Source: Candidatus Micrarchaeia archaeon (GTDB lineage: Archaea; Micrarchaeota; Micrarchaeia; Burarchaeales; Fermentimicrarchaeaceae). From it: a stretch of DNA of 64,000 bases. Shown here in pieces: positions 37,100 through 46,100 of this stretch. Location: NCBI GenBank assembly GCA_038871515.1, contig JAVZHX010000002.1, positions 100,641-164,640 of the forward strand, written 5' to 3'. The notes beneath the pieces were generated by a model that made no database searches, was not told where the DNA came from, and worked only from the letters and a program-made list of their open reading frames with translations. The position numbers and the translations under genes were made by a program. The stretch's first letter is position 1. Every line of letters begins with the position of its first letter.

Positions 37100-37702
37100 G
37101 TGAGTGAGGTGTTTCGCATGTTTGAAGGAGTTATGAAACGAGTTGGTTATGTTACCCAGAGGGAGTTTGACAAGCTTCAGAAAACACTGAAGGATGAGAG
37201 AGCGCAGGCAGCAAAAGTTGAAGCGGAAAAGAATGCGATGATAAATGAGTTGGAGGAGCAGGTTGAAAGGTTAACAAACGAAAGAAAAAAGCTTGAGGGT
37301 GAAGTGAGCAGGTTGAAGGGGGAGCTGAGCAAGGTGAGCGATGAAAAAGTTAAAGCTTATGAGATGCTGAAGGAAAGCAAAAAGCAGGCAGAGGAGATGA
37401 GGAGGGGGATGGAGAAAAAAATTCAGAAGATGGCTGAAAAAATAAATAAGGTGAAGGAAGGGTTTAGAAATAAAATGAAGGAGCGAAGGAAGCAGATGGC
37501 TGAAAAAGTGAAGAGAATAGTTGCTGTTAAAAATGAGGCGGTGAAAGCAACAAAGAAAGAATTCAAAAAAGTCACAAAGGAGAGGGATAGAGCTGTTAGA
37601 GAAGTTGAGAAGCTGAGGAAGAAGCTTGCTGTGAAAAAAGTGAGGGAGAGAAGAAAAGTTACAAGAAAGAGGAAAGTTGGGAAAAGAAGGAAAAAAGCAT
37701 AA
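37100..37702 (+). CDS. Coiled-coil protein with a highly basic C-terminal tail
   Basis: Continuous heptad-like E/K pattern; ends KKVRERRKVTRKRKVGKRRKKA. Confidence 0.7.
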   Translation: MSEVFRMFEGVMKRVGYVTQREFDKLQKTLKDERAQAAKVEAEKNAMINELEEQVERLTNERKKLEGEVSRLKGELSKVSDEKVKAYEMLKESKKQAEEMRRGMEKKIQKMAEKINKVKEGFRNKMKERRKQMAEKVKRIVAVKNEAVKATKKEFKKVTKERDRAVREVEKLRKKLAVKKVRERRKVTRKRKVGKRRKKA

Positions 37703-37736
37703 ATACTGTTTTTTCTAAATTAATTGGAGGTGGAGC

Positions 37737-40151
37737 GTGTTCAGGCTAGACTCCTTGCTTAACAGAAAAAAGAAGTGCGAGGTGTGGGAGCTCACCAGCA
37801 TCCCAAACGAGCCGTTTGACGTTCACTCCTTTTTCATAAAAAAACTGAAAGGATTGGCTTTTTCAATTCTGTATGATTTCAGAAGGATGAGAATGCTGCT
37901 TGTTACGCTTGACTTTCCAGAGGGGCTTGTGGAGTCTCTTGTTGCCAGTATACCTGGTTTGGAGTTCAAAAAAATTGAGGGAGTTTTCTTTAAAGAAGTG
38001 AGAAACTCTTTCAGGTATGATGGAATTCCGTTCAAACAAACCGCAACAGTTCAGGAGCCCTTTGCGCTTCACAGGGATGAAAGCAGAAGGAGCAGCAGAA
38101 ATTTACTGGCTGATCTTCCAATGGCGTTTAGGGAAAGCGACTGCTACTTGCTCATTTCTTTCATTCCAGAAAGCATTGATGTGCTGAACCACGTGAGAAG
38201 GCAGTGGGAGGAGGAGCTGAGCAGAATTTCCCCTGTTAGGAGGGAGGGTGTTTCGCAGGAGCATGGAGGAGTGCAGAGAAGCCAGTTCAGCGAGAAGGTG
38301 AACTACGAGGAAACGGACGTTGCGATGGTGGCTGCAGAGCTTCTTGCGATGTGCAACAACGCTTTGCTTCACAGCGATGCAGTGTACAGCGTCAGTGTTG
38401 TTGGGTGGGGGGAGAGAGCGGAGCTTTTGAAGCAACATCTGAGAGGGAAGTATTGGGGAGTGAGCGAGAGGGTTAGGATAAGCGAGGAGCTTAAGAAGTG
38501 CATTCCGATAGAGGGTGGGGAGATAATGAGCGGGGAGTATGCTTCTCTCTTCATTCATTTCCCACCAGAGTTTGCAAAGGAGGAGGTAGCTGTTGAAGTG
38601 GAGGAGATACCGCGAGAGCTCCTCTCAAAAGGAAGAGGGAGAGTGGAGGTTGGGAGGGAGCTTCTGAAAGGAGTGAGAAGGCACAGAGCAGTTTACCTAG
38701 ATAAGGTGAGTTATAACACAAATGTATTGATTGTTGGACAGCAGAGAATGGGAAAAACAACGCTGGCGAAGAGAATTGTAAAGCACGCTGCTTGCGAGGG
38801 AGCAGGCGTTATTGTTTTCTCACCTAGCTCGGAATGGTCATCGGTTGCAAAAGCAAGAAAGAAGATGCTTGTGATAAAGCTTGCTGAAAACATTCCTTTC
38901 AACTTGGTGAGGTGTCCTCCTGGGGTTAGGAAGGAGCAGTTCTACCAGAATCTTGCGTTGCTGCTTGCGAATGCGATGGGGGCAGGTCCATACACGAACC
39001 CAATAAGGAATGTTATGCTAAACTCGTTTACCTCCCTTTACGCCAGGAAGAAGGAGCCAGGAATTGTTGATGTTTATGATGGAATTCACTCCTCAGTTAT
39101 TGAGTTTTACTCTCATGAGGGAAAAACTTTTGGTAAATTTGGACAGAACATACGCGCATCTCTTGAAAATTTAAGGCAGCTGATGCTGAAGGAGCAGTTC
39201 AGAGTGAAGGATGGGGTGAGAATTGAGGATTGCGTGAGGGATGGTGCTGTTTTTGATTTGAGCGGTTGCAGCGAGCTTGAGAGAGCTCTGCTTTACGCAT
39301 TCATCCTCGCGCAGGTTTACAGCTATGTGCTCAGCAACTTTGATGAGAAAGGGGATAGGGAGTTGAGGTTGCTGATTGTGCTTGAGGAGGCGCATATGGT
39401 TTTCAGAAAGCAGGGGAAGGAAGGGGTTAGTTTAGAGGCAACAGCAACTGCTGACTTGGAGAGAAAGTTAGGCATGTTCAGCAAAAGAGGAGTTGGAATG
39501 GTGCTCATAACCCATTTTGCAGACCAGCTCAGCGATATTGTGAGAAGGCATGCACAAACGCATTTCTATTTCAAGCAGGATGTGGATTCGCTTGAGAGCG
39601 CTCTGAAGGATTTGAAGTTTAACCCAGTGGAGGAGGAGCTTTGGAGGAATGCTTCAAAAAAGCTTCTCTCCCTCCCAACAGGAGTTGCGGCTTGCAGAGC
39701 GGTTCATATAGAGGGAAGCAGAAGAGTTGAGGTGGGGCCTTTCTTCATCAAAATACCCCAGCAGGAGGAAAGCTTTGAGGAGGTTGGTGAGAGAGTTAAA
39801 AAGTATTTGAAAGAGAAAAACATTCTCACTCCGAAAAAAACAAAGCTTGCTGTTAAAGTTATTTCAAAAGATGGGAAAGGAATTCCAAATGCAAACGTTG
39901 AGCTTTTGCTGTGCGGAACTCCAGTAAGCTTCAGCGAAACGCAGGAGGGAGTTGATTACCTTACAGGCGGGGTTGAGACGGAAACTGCTGGAAGCGCATA
40001 CCTTGAAGCAGTTGAGGGAGAGGAGTACGAGCTGAGAGTTTCAAAGAAAGGTTACAGAACAGAGTGCAGAAAGATAACTGCTGGGGAAGGGAGTTTAATT
40101 ATTGAGCTTGAGCTTTCCAACAGAGCAAAAAGGGTTAGTCAGCAAGAATGA
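37737..40151 (+). CDS. HerA/FtsK/VirB4-superfamily ATPase (DUF87-like) with a C-terminal beta-sandwich
   Basis: Walker A GQQRMGKT, PFNL, VFDLS, Walker B LLIVLEEAH, KRGVGMVLITH; C-terminal carboxypeptidase-regulatory-like domain. Confidence 0.75.
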   Translation: MFRLDSLLNRKKKCEVWELTSIPNEPFDVHSFFIKKLKGLAFSILYDFRRMRMLLVTLDFPEGLVESLVASIPGLEFKKIEGVFFKEVRNSFRYDGIPFKQTATVQEPFALHRDESRRSSRNLLADLPMAFRESDCYLLISFIPESIDVLNHVRRQWEEELSRISPVRREGVSQEHGGVQRSQFSEKVNYEETDVAMVAAELLAMCNNALLHSDAVYSVSVVGWGERAELLKQHLRGKYWGVSERVRISEELKKCIPIEGGEIMSGEYASLFIHFPPEFAKEEVAVEVEEIPRELLSKGRGRVEVGRELLKGVRRHRAVYLDKVSYNTNVLIVGQQRMGKTTLAKRIVKHAACEGAGVIVFSPSSEWSSVAKARKKMLVIKLAENIPFNLVRCPPGVRKEQFYQNLALLLANAMGAGPYTNPIRNVMLNSFTSLYARKKEPGIVDVYDGIHSSVIEFYSHEGKTFGKFGQNIRASLENLRQLMLKEQFRVKDGVRIEDCVRDGAVFDLSGCSELERALLYAFILAQVYSYVLSNFDEKGDRELRLLIVLEEAHMVFRKQGKEGVSLEATATADLERKLGMFSKRGVGMVLITHFADQLSDIVRRHAQTHFYFKQDVDSLESALKDLKFNPVEEELWRNASKKLLSLPTGVAACRAVHIEGSRRVEVGPFFIKIPQQEESFEEVGERVKKYLKEKNILTPKKTKLAVKVISKDGKGIPNANVELLLCGTPVSFSETQEGVDYLTGGVETETAGSAYLEAVEGEEYELRVSKKGYRTECRKITAGEGSLIIELELSNRAKRVSQQE

Positions 40152-41817
40152 ACCTCATCCTTTTTTCATCATCAAGTATGCAGAACCCGTAGCGGACAAA
40201 CTGGATGATGCTTCCCTTTTTCAGGTTTCTGCATTCTGGCTCGCAGTAACCCTCCTCAACTCTCAGGCTGTTTTTGTTGAATTTATCATCAATGAACAAC
40301 TCTGATGGAATGAGCACCTGTGCTTTCAGATGTTTCTCAGGCACCCAATGTATTTTCAACTCCTCCATCCCCTCATCGCCCAAAAACTCCCCTCTCAAAA
40401 CTTTTCCTTTCTCAACAAGCCTCACGTTGCACAAATCCAGCAACCTGAATTTATCTCCTTTTTTCAAGTTCTTTGCGTCTGAACCACTTATGAAGAACCT
40501 TCCAGTTATCTCAATCTTTCTCTCCCCAAAGTTCTCAGTTGGGTGCTTTCTGAGTTTAACCTCTCCTTTCCTAACTCCATCAACCACAAGCTCAACTGGG
40601 TTGCCCACGAAGAAGTATCTCTCAGCCCTTGAATCAAGCAGCTTCCTGTTTTCTATGAGAAGCGCATCTATTTTGGGTTCGCTTTCAACTTTGCTCAAAC
40701 CGAAGCTGAGCACAAAATTCCTTATCGCCTCTGGGAGTATACCTCTTCTCCTCAAACCCCGCAGGGTTGGCATCCTTGGGTCATCCCAGCCAGAAACCTT
40801 TTTTTCTTCAACCAGTGGCTTCAGAAACCTTTTGCTCAGTGGAAATCCTTTTATTGATAAACGCGAGAAGTCATAAACAATCGGCTTTCTCAGCGCAAGC
40901 TTCTCAATTATTCTGTAGTATAACTCATCTCTCAACTCATACTCCTTGCTTCTTAGTGCGTGAGTTACTCCATCAAGCGAGTCGGCTATGCTCACCTCAA
41001 AATCATAGGTTGGCCAGACAGAGTATTTATCGCCTTGCCTGTAGTGCTTTGCAGTGCATATTCTGAACAGCGTTGGATCTCTCATCACAGTGTTTGCAGC
41101 ATCAGGCTCTGCTTTCAACCTCAGGATAGCGTCTCCCTTCTTGTACTCACCTGCGAGCATGCTCTCCCATGCATCCAAGTTATCCTCAACAGCTTTGGAA
41201 CGGCACTCGCAAGCCTTCCCAAGCTTTCTCAGTTCATTCACCTTCTCCTTCTCACAGCTGCATACGTATGCATCTCCTTGGGTTATCAACTGCTTTGCGA
41301 ACTTGTAGAATTCAGGCATCTTATCTGAGGAGTATAACTCCCTTTCAAACTTCATCCCAAGCCACTCCAAATCCTCCTTTATTGAATCAACAAACTCCTG
41401 TCTTTCGGTTTCCGGGTTCGTGTCATCAAAGCGCAGGATGCATTTCCCTTCATACTCCCTTGCTGCCTCATAAGAGAGAAAAGCTGCTTTTGCGTGTCCA
41501 AGATGCAGAAAGCCATTCGGCTCAGGAAGAAACCTTGTGATAACCTTTCCTTTCTCCGCATCCTCCAGAATAATTTTTCTCTCCTCCTCCTTTTTTTCTT
41601 CAAAACTGAATTTTGAAAGCTCCTTCTCAATTTGCTCCTTTTTCATTTTATTCACTTTCGCAACAACTTTCTCAATGAGCTGCATCGTGCTTTTCATATC
41701 TGCTTTTGCTTCAGGCGCCTCTGCTATAACCTTGCCGACAACTGCTTTAACCTGCGCTTCCCCGTATTCCGCAGCATTCTTCAAAGCGTGCTTTAAAACA
41801 ACCTCTTCAAGCTTCAT
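40135..41817 (-). CDS. gltX: Glutamyl-tRNA synthetase (archaeal type)
   Basis: RFLPEPNG.LHLGH, RFDDTNP, WPTYDF, LSKR, WDDPR.PTL, QFVRYGF. Confidence 0.95.
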   Translation of the reverse strand: MKLEEVVLKHALKNAAEYGEAQVKAVVGKVIAEAPEAKADMKSTMQLIEKVVAKVNKMKKEQIEKELSKFSFEEKKEEERKIILEDAEKGKVITRFLPEPNGFLHLGHAKAAFLSYEAAREYEGKCILRFDDTNPETERQEFVDSIKEDLEWLGMKFERELYSSDKMPEFYKFAKQLITQGDAYVCSCEKEKVNELRKLGKACECRSKAVEDNLDAWESMLAGEYKKGDAILRLKAEPDAANTVMRDPTLFRICTAKHYRQGDKYSVWPTYDFEVSIADSLDGVTHALRSKEYELRDELYYRIIEKLALRKPIVYDFSRLSIKGFPLSKRFLKPLVEEKKVSGWDDPRMPTLRGLRRRGILPEAIRNFVLSFGLSKVESEPKIDALLIENRKLLDSRAERYFFVGNPVELVVDGVRKGEVKLRKHPTENFGERKIEITGRFFISGSDAKNLKKGDKFRLLDLCNVRLVEKGKVLRGEFLGDEGMEELKIHWVPEKHLKAQVLIPSELFIDDKFNKNSLRVEEGYCEPECRNLKKGSIIQFVRYGFCILDDEKRMRFILAD

Positions 41818-41887
41818 ACTTCACACCTATCGATATTTTATCATAATAAAGTAAATACTTTGTGCCGAGCAGTATAATAAATATTGG

Positions 41888-42826
41888 ATGTGTAATTTAA
41901 GCATGGAGAAACTGCGTGAGCCAAAGGATGAGGTGGAGGGAAAAATAAAGAAGTTTGTCAGAAGTTCTTTTGATGAGAAAGTTGCAAGCAAAGATGCTGT
42001 GAAGGATTTTTATGCAGAAGCTATTCGTATTTCTGGAATTGTGAGGGAAATCAATAGAAGCAACAAACCAATCAAAATTGTTGATGTGGGCGGAGGAGGG
42101 GGTAGAATCGGAAAGATTTTGGATGAGTATGTGGAGAAGGGGATTGTCAAAAAGCAGTTTGATTACATTGTTGTTGATATAAGCAGAGCTGAGCTGGAAA
42201 AAGGAAGTAGCAAGTTCAGAATTGTTGGCGATATGATGGATATACCTCTCAGGGATGAACAGATGGATTTTGTGTTCTTGCTGAACATGCCAAGCGCGGC
42301 TGGGGTTATGAAAGATTACATAAGGAAACTTAAGCCTGTAAACCAAGCAGAAGCAGCAGAGAATAGAGAAGTGTTAAAAATGCTTGAAATAGCAACTGGG
42401 AATATCGATTTCTTGAATTACCTTGAAGGAGTTAGGGTGCTCAAGAAAAACGGGGTGTTCGTATCTGGTTTGCCAACTCACGGGGGTTTAGAAAAGAGTG
42501 GTTTGGAGGGGAGATTGAGGTTGATTAGGGATATGTTTATGGAGAGAGGTGTAAAACTTGGTGAAATTCCGCTGCGCAGAGTTGATTACGAAGTTCTGTG
42601 GATGGATTGGGGAGTTGTTAACTTATGGAGGGATTATGGTTTGGATATAAAGCAACCTGTTTTTTATATTGAATCGCTTAGAAGGACTGGCGATATTGAC
42701 GCGTGGGTGAAAGCTCTTCGCGAGAACCTTGATTTCGTTTTGAATGAACTTTCAAAAAACAAGAGATTCTGGGAAATTGTTAAGAGGATGGAAGAAGCTA
42801 ATCAACTCCAGGAACACCAAGCTTAG
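41888..42826 (+). CDS. Class I SAM-dependent methyltransferase-like protein
   Basis: IVDVGGGGG, VVDIS, GDMMDIPLRDEQMD, RVLKKNG motifs. Confidence 0.7.
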   Translation: MCNLSMEKLREPKDEVEGKIKKFVRSSFDEKVASKDAVKDFYAEAIRISGIVREINRSNKPIKIVDVGGGGGRIGKILDEYVEKGIVKKQFDYIVVDISRAELEKGSSKFRIVGDMMDIPLRDEQMDFVFLLNMPSAAGVMKDYIRKLKPVNQAEAAENREVLKMLEIATGNIDFLNYLEGVRVLKKNGVFVSGLPTHGGLEKSGLEGRLRLIRDMFMERGVKLGEIPLRRVDYEVLWMDWGVVNLWRDYGLDIKQPVFYIESLRRTGDIDAWVKALRENLDFVLNELSKNKRFWEIVKRMEEANQLQEHQA

Positions 42827-43787
42827 TTTCAAACGCCTCACATCCCAATCTTTTGTATATTTGAATGAGAGAGGATGGGTTTTTTGCAAGTATTATCACG
42901 CAACCTCCCCCTCCCGCGCCAGTTATTTTTGCACCAAGCGCTCCTTTCTTTCTGGCAGTTTCAATTATTCTATCTATTTGTGGGGTGGATAAACCAAGTT
43001 CAATAAAGCACTCCTGCGCAGCATTCATATTCCCCCCAAGCTTTTCAAGGTTGGATTCTCTCAATGCATCAATTCCATTCAAAGCAGTTTCCTCCATCCT
43101 GTCAAAAATCTTCTCTGTCCCTTCCCTATCTTTTTTATATCTTTCAGCAACCCTCTGAATCATCTCACCAGTATCCTTAACCGAGCCTGTGTTCACAATT
43201 AGAATAGGAACTTCCGTTTTTATCTGAAGTAATTTCACCCCCTCGCTTCTTCTGAATGAAATGTAACCGCCAAAGGTGCACGTGTTTGCATCAAGCCCGC
43301 TTGGGTTGCCGTGCACAACCTTGTCGCCCAAATTCGTCAGCTCTGCTACCTGATTTTTGCTCAGCGCAGTATGAAAGAAGTTGTTGAGCTCTCCTACAAG
43401 GGAGCAGAAAACAGCCGCGCTTGAGCCGAGCCCTGAGTTGCGTGGCACATCTGAGTGAATTGAAACCTCAATTGGGGAGCAGCCAAACTCGGAGAAAAAC
43501 TCCCCCAGAATCACCTTGTAGGGTGAGAAAATATCCCTTCTCTCCTTGCTCAAACCAGCCATATCTCCTTTTTCAATCATTCCCTTAACTCTCGCATGTG
43601 ATGAGGTTATCTCGTTGAAGTTGAATTTCTCCTTCTTTTTGAAATCAATTAGATTAATTGTAACTCCATCATCTGCTTTTTTTATCTCACAAAAAGCCCT
43701 TCTGTCAAATGCAACTGAAAGGGCAAGCCTGTTGTAAACAACCGCATGCTCGCCGAAAAGCTTCAAACTGCCCGGAGCAGATGCCAT
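42798..43787 (-). CDS. mvk: Mevalonate kinase
   Basis: ASAPG..LFGEHAVVY, GHMP loop PRNSGLGSSAA, HGNPSGLD, KITGAGGGG; start placed at ATG 43787. Confidence 0.88.
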   Translation of the reverse strand: MASAPGSLKLFGEHAVVYNRLALSVAFDRRAFCEIKKADDGVTINLIDFKKKEKFNFNEITSSHARVKGMIEKGDMAGLSKERRDIFSPYKVILGEFFSEFGCSPIEVSIHSDVPRNSGLGSSAAVFCSLVGELNNFFHTALSKNQVAELTNLGDKVVHGNPSGLDANTCTFGGYISFRRSEGVKLLQIKTEVPILIVNTGSVKDTGEMIQRVAERYKKDREGTEKIFDRMEETALNGIDALRESNLEKLGGNMNAAQECFIELGLSTPQIDRIIETARKKGALGAKITGAGGGGCVIILAKNPSSLIQIYKRLGCEAFETKLGVPGVD

Positions 43788-43894
43788 AAGTGAATTATGC
43801 GATGAATTATTAATATTACTCTTGCTGAGTTTATACAAAGACAATCAGTATAAGTTTTTAAATGAAAAACGCGTAAATTATTTGGTGGTTTAGC

Positions 43895-44317
43895 ATGGGG
43901 AACGCAGAGAAGGTAAAACATGAAGTTTGCTGCGGTGGTACTTTTCTTTTTCAGGAGAAAGGGAAACTTGGAGTGTACAGTGGGATGAGGGAGAAAGAGG
44001 ATGCTAAAATTAAGATAACTTTGAGCGTTGGTAAGATGGATGAGTGGCTAGTTGTTGATGTGACAGAGAAAGGGGAGAGGGGGCACTTCAGCATACACGC
44101 AAACAGAAGCGAAAGAGGGAAGGAAAGGTTGTTCGGGGAGAGAGTTGTTTCAGCAAATGTTAATGGGTTTGATCTGTTGAAGGAGTTGCCTGACCTGCAG
44201 GTGGCAGTTGATGAGATACGGAGAAGGGAGAAGGAGAGGCTGCCGCAGTATGCGATTTTCCCTGATGAGCATCCGGCGGTTGTTGGTTCAGATATAAAGT
44301 TTCGTCCGTTGAAGTAG
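43895..44317 (+). CDS. Hypothetical protein
   Basis: 140-aa ORF with upstream TATA and RBS; no recognised family. Confidence 0.6.
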   Translation: MGNAEKVKHEVCCGGTFLFQEKGKLGVYSGMREKEDAKIKITLSVGKMDEWLVVDVTEKGERGHFSIHANRSERGKERLFGERVVSANVNGFDLLKELPDLQVAVDEIRRREKERLPQYAIFPDEHPAVVGSDIKFRPLK

Positions 44318-44325
44318 GTGGTTTT

Positions 44326-44847
44326 GTGGAATTCTTTGAAGTTCTTAAAAACAGGCATTCAGTAAGAAAATTCAAGGATATGCCTGTTGAGGAGGAGAAG
44401 CTTCAAAAAATTCTGGAGGCTGCAAACTCAGCTCCCTCTGCTGGTGACTTACAAGCCTATGAGATAGTTGTTGTGAGGGATAAGGAAAGAAAGAATAAAC
44501 TTGTGAGCGCAGCGTATGAGCAGGAGTTCATCGCAAAAGCACCTGTTGTTTTAGTTTTCGTAGCCCACCCAGAAAGGTCTTCAAGAAGGTATGGGAGGAG
44601 AGGCGCTGAGCTTTACTGCATTCAGGATGCGACAATCGCAACTGCGTATGCACAGCTTGCTGCAACCGCGCTCGGTTTGAGCTGTGTTTGGGTTGGTGCT
44701 TTTGATGAGAAGGAAGTTGCGAAAGTAATTAACGCAAAAGAAAACCTCAAACCAGTTTCCATGTTGCCAATTGGGTACGCAGATGAGCAACCAAGAGCAA
44801 CACCGAGAAGAGGAGTTGAGGAGTTGGTTCACGAAGAGAAGTTATAA
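44326..44847 (+). CDS. Nitroreductase family protein
   Basis: RHSVRKF, APSAGDLQ, QDA.IA, LGLSCVWVGAF, IGY. Confidence 0.92.
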   Translation: MEFFEVLKNRHSVRKFKDMPVEEEKLQKILEAANSAPSAGDLQAYEIVVVRDKERKNKLVSAAYEQEFIAKAPVVLVFVAHPERSSRRYGRRGAELYCIQDATIATAYAQLAATALGLSCVWVGAFDEKEVAKVINAKENLKPVSMLPIGYADEQPRATPRRGVEELVHEEKL

Positions 44848-46100
44848 TTCCAGCTCTCGCATAGTTTCACGATAGAGTTTGAAACAAACTCCAAATCCTT
44901 TACTCTCACAAACTCATCCTTTCCATGAACGTTGCTGTCATCCGCGATTGGTCCGAAGCAGATGGAGGGGATTCCTCTTTTTACGAAGAAATGCGCATCT
45001 GTTCCTCCAAGAGTTCCGTATGCTTTTCTCTCGCCTGTTGCTTTCTTCATCATTTCAACAAAAGGATGAGTTTCAGGCAAGGAGTAGCCTTCTGATTTTT
45101 CAATTAAATCAAATTTTGCTTTACTTTTATCTGCAAGGTATTTTCTGAGATCAGCAACAGCGGATTGGAGGGTTTCTTCTGGAATTGTCCTCAAGTCAAA
45201 GACAATCTCGCACCTCCCTTCGCCACCCATATTTCTCTTCAGCAAAGGAAGTGCTTTCTCTATTGGGTTGACTGCAAGATGAGGGTAACCCGCATGCCCT
45301 TGCCTGCCTTTTATGACTAACTGCTTCCTACCGCGCAACTTCACGCGAAGCTCTCCAGGTATTATGTTTGATTTCACTCCTGCTTTTGCGTATTCAACTG
45401 CACCGCAGGAGAGATTTAACATGGTGACTGAAATTCTTCCCCATATCCTTCTTTTTGTGGATGCGCTTATAAGGGAGGAAACAACTCTTCCTCTCACTTT
45501 TGAATAATTAATCACATCTGAAAGCAAAGATACAATTTCGGTGGATTTTCCTCTCATAGCTATTCTTCCAGCAACTCTTCCGCTTGAGCCAATATAAACC
45601 CTTGGTCCTGCGTCTATGAGGATTGCTACATCTCCGTTAACAATAAACTCGCCTCTCTTTTTCAACTTCATCAAAAAACCAATCCCATCCTCCCCTCCAA
45701 CCTCCTCATCGCATGTGACAAGAAGCTTGACATTCACTTTTGATGAGTTTCTTTTTTTTAGAGTTTCAAGAGCAGAAAGAGCAGAAAGAATCCCTCCCTT
45801 ATCATCAGCAGCTCCCCTCCCATATAACTTTCCATTTTTAATTGTCAGCTTGAAAGGTGGGTATTTCCATCCCTCACCAGCTGGAACAACATCGTAGTGA
45901 GTTGCGAGAAGTAGAGTGGGTTTTTCTGGTGCTTGAAGCGAGATTATGAGGTTTGGTTTTCTGTTTGAACGATACACATCCACTCCTAAACCAATTCTCT
46001 CAGCTTCTTTCTTTATCAGCTCAGCGCACTCCCCATAGTTGCTTTTCCTTTCGGAATTAGTGTTGAGCTCAACAAGCTCTGCAAGAAATTTAAGGTTCAT
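44829..46100 (-). CDS. M20-family metallopeptidase/amidohydrolase (ArgE/DapE-like)
   Basis: THYDVVP, GRGAADDKG, DEEVGG, GGTDA, NVHGKDE. Confidence 0.88.
   Translation of the reverse strand: MNLKFLAELVELNTNSERKSNYGECAELIKKEAERIGLGVDVYRSNRKPNLIISLQAPEKPTLLLATHYDVVPAGEGWKYPPFKLTIKNGKLYGRGAADDKGGILSALSALETLKKRNSSKVNVKLLVTCDEEVGGEDGIGFLMKLKKRGEFIVNGDVAILIDAGPRVYIGSSGRVAGRIAMRGKSTEIVSLLSDVINYSKVRGRVVSSLISASTKRRIWGRISVTMLNLSCGAVEYAKAGVKSNIIPGELRVKLRGRKQLVIKGRQGHAGYPHLAVNPIEKALPLLKRNMGGEGRCEIVFDLRTIPEETLQSAVADLRKYLADKSKAKFDLIEKSEGYSLPETHPFVEMMKKATGERKAYGTLGGTDAHFFVKRGIPSICFGPIADDSNVHGKDEFVRVKDLEFVSNSIVKLCESWNYNFSS

Noticed and set aside
34640..40151. Integrated element downstream of tRNA-Asp containing the HerA-like ATPase
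   Set aside because: No integrase and no duplicated tRNA 3' end seen; the intervening genes look like ordinary cellular genes.
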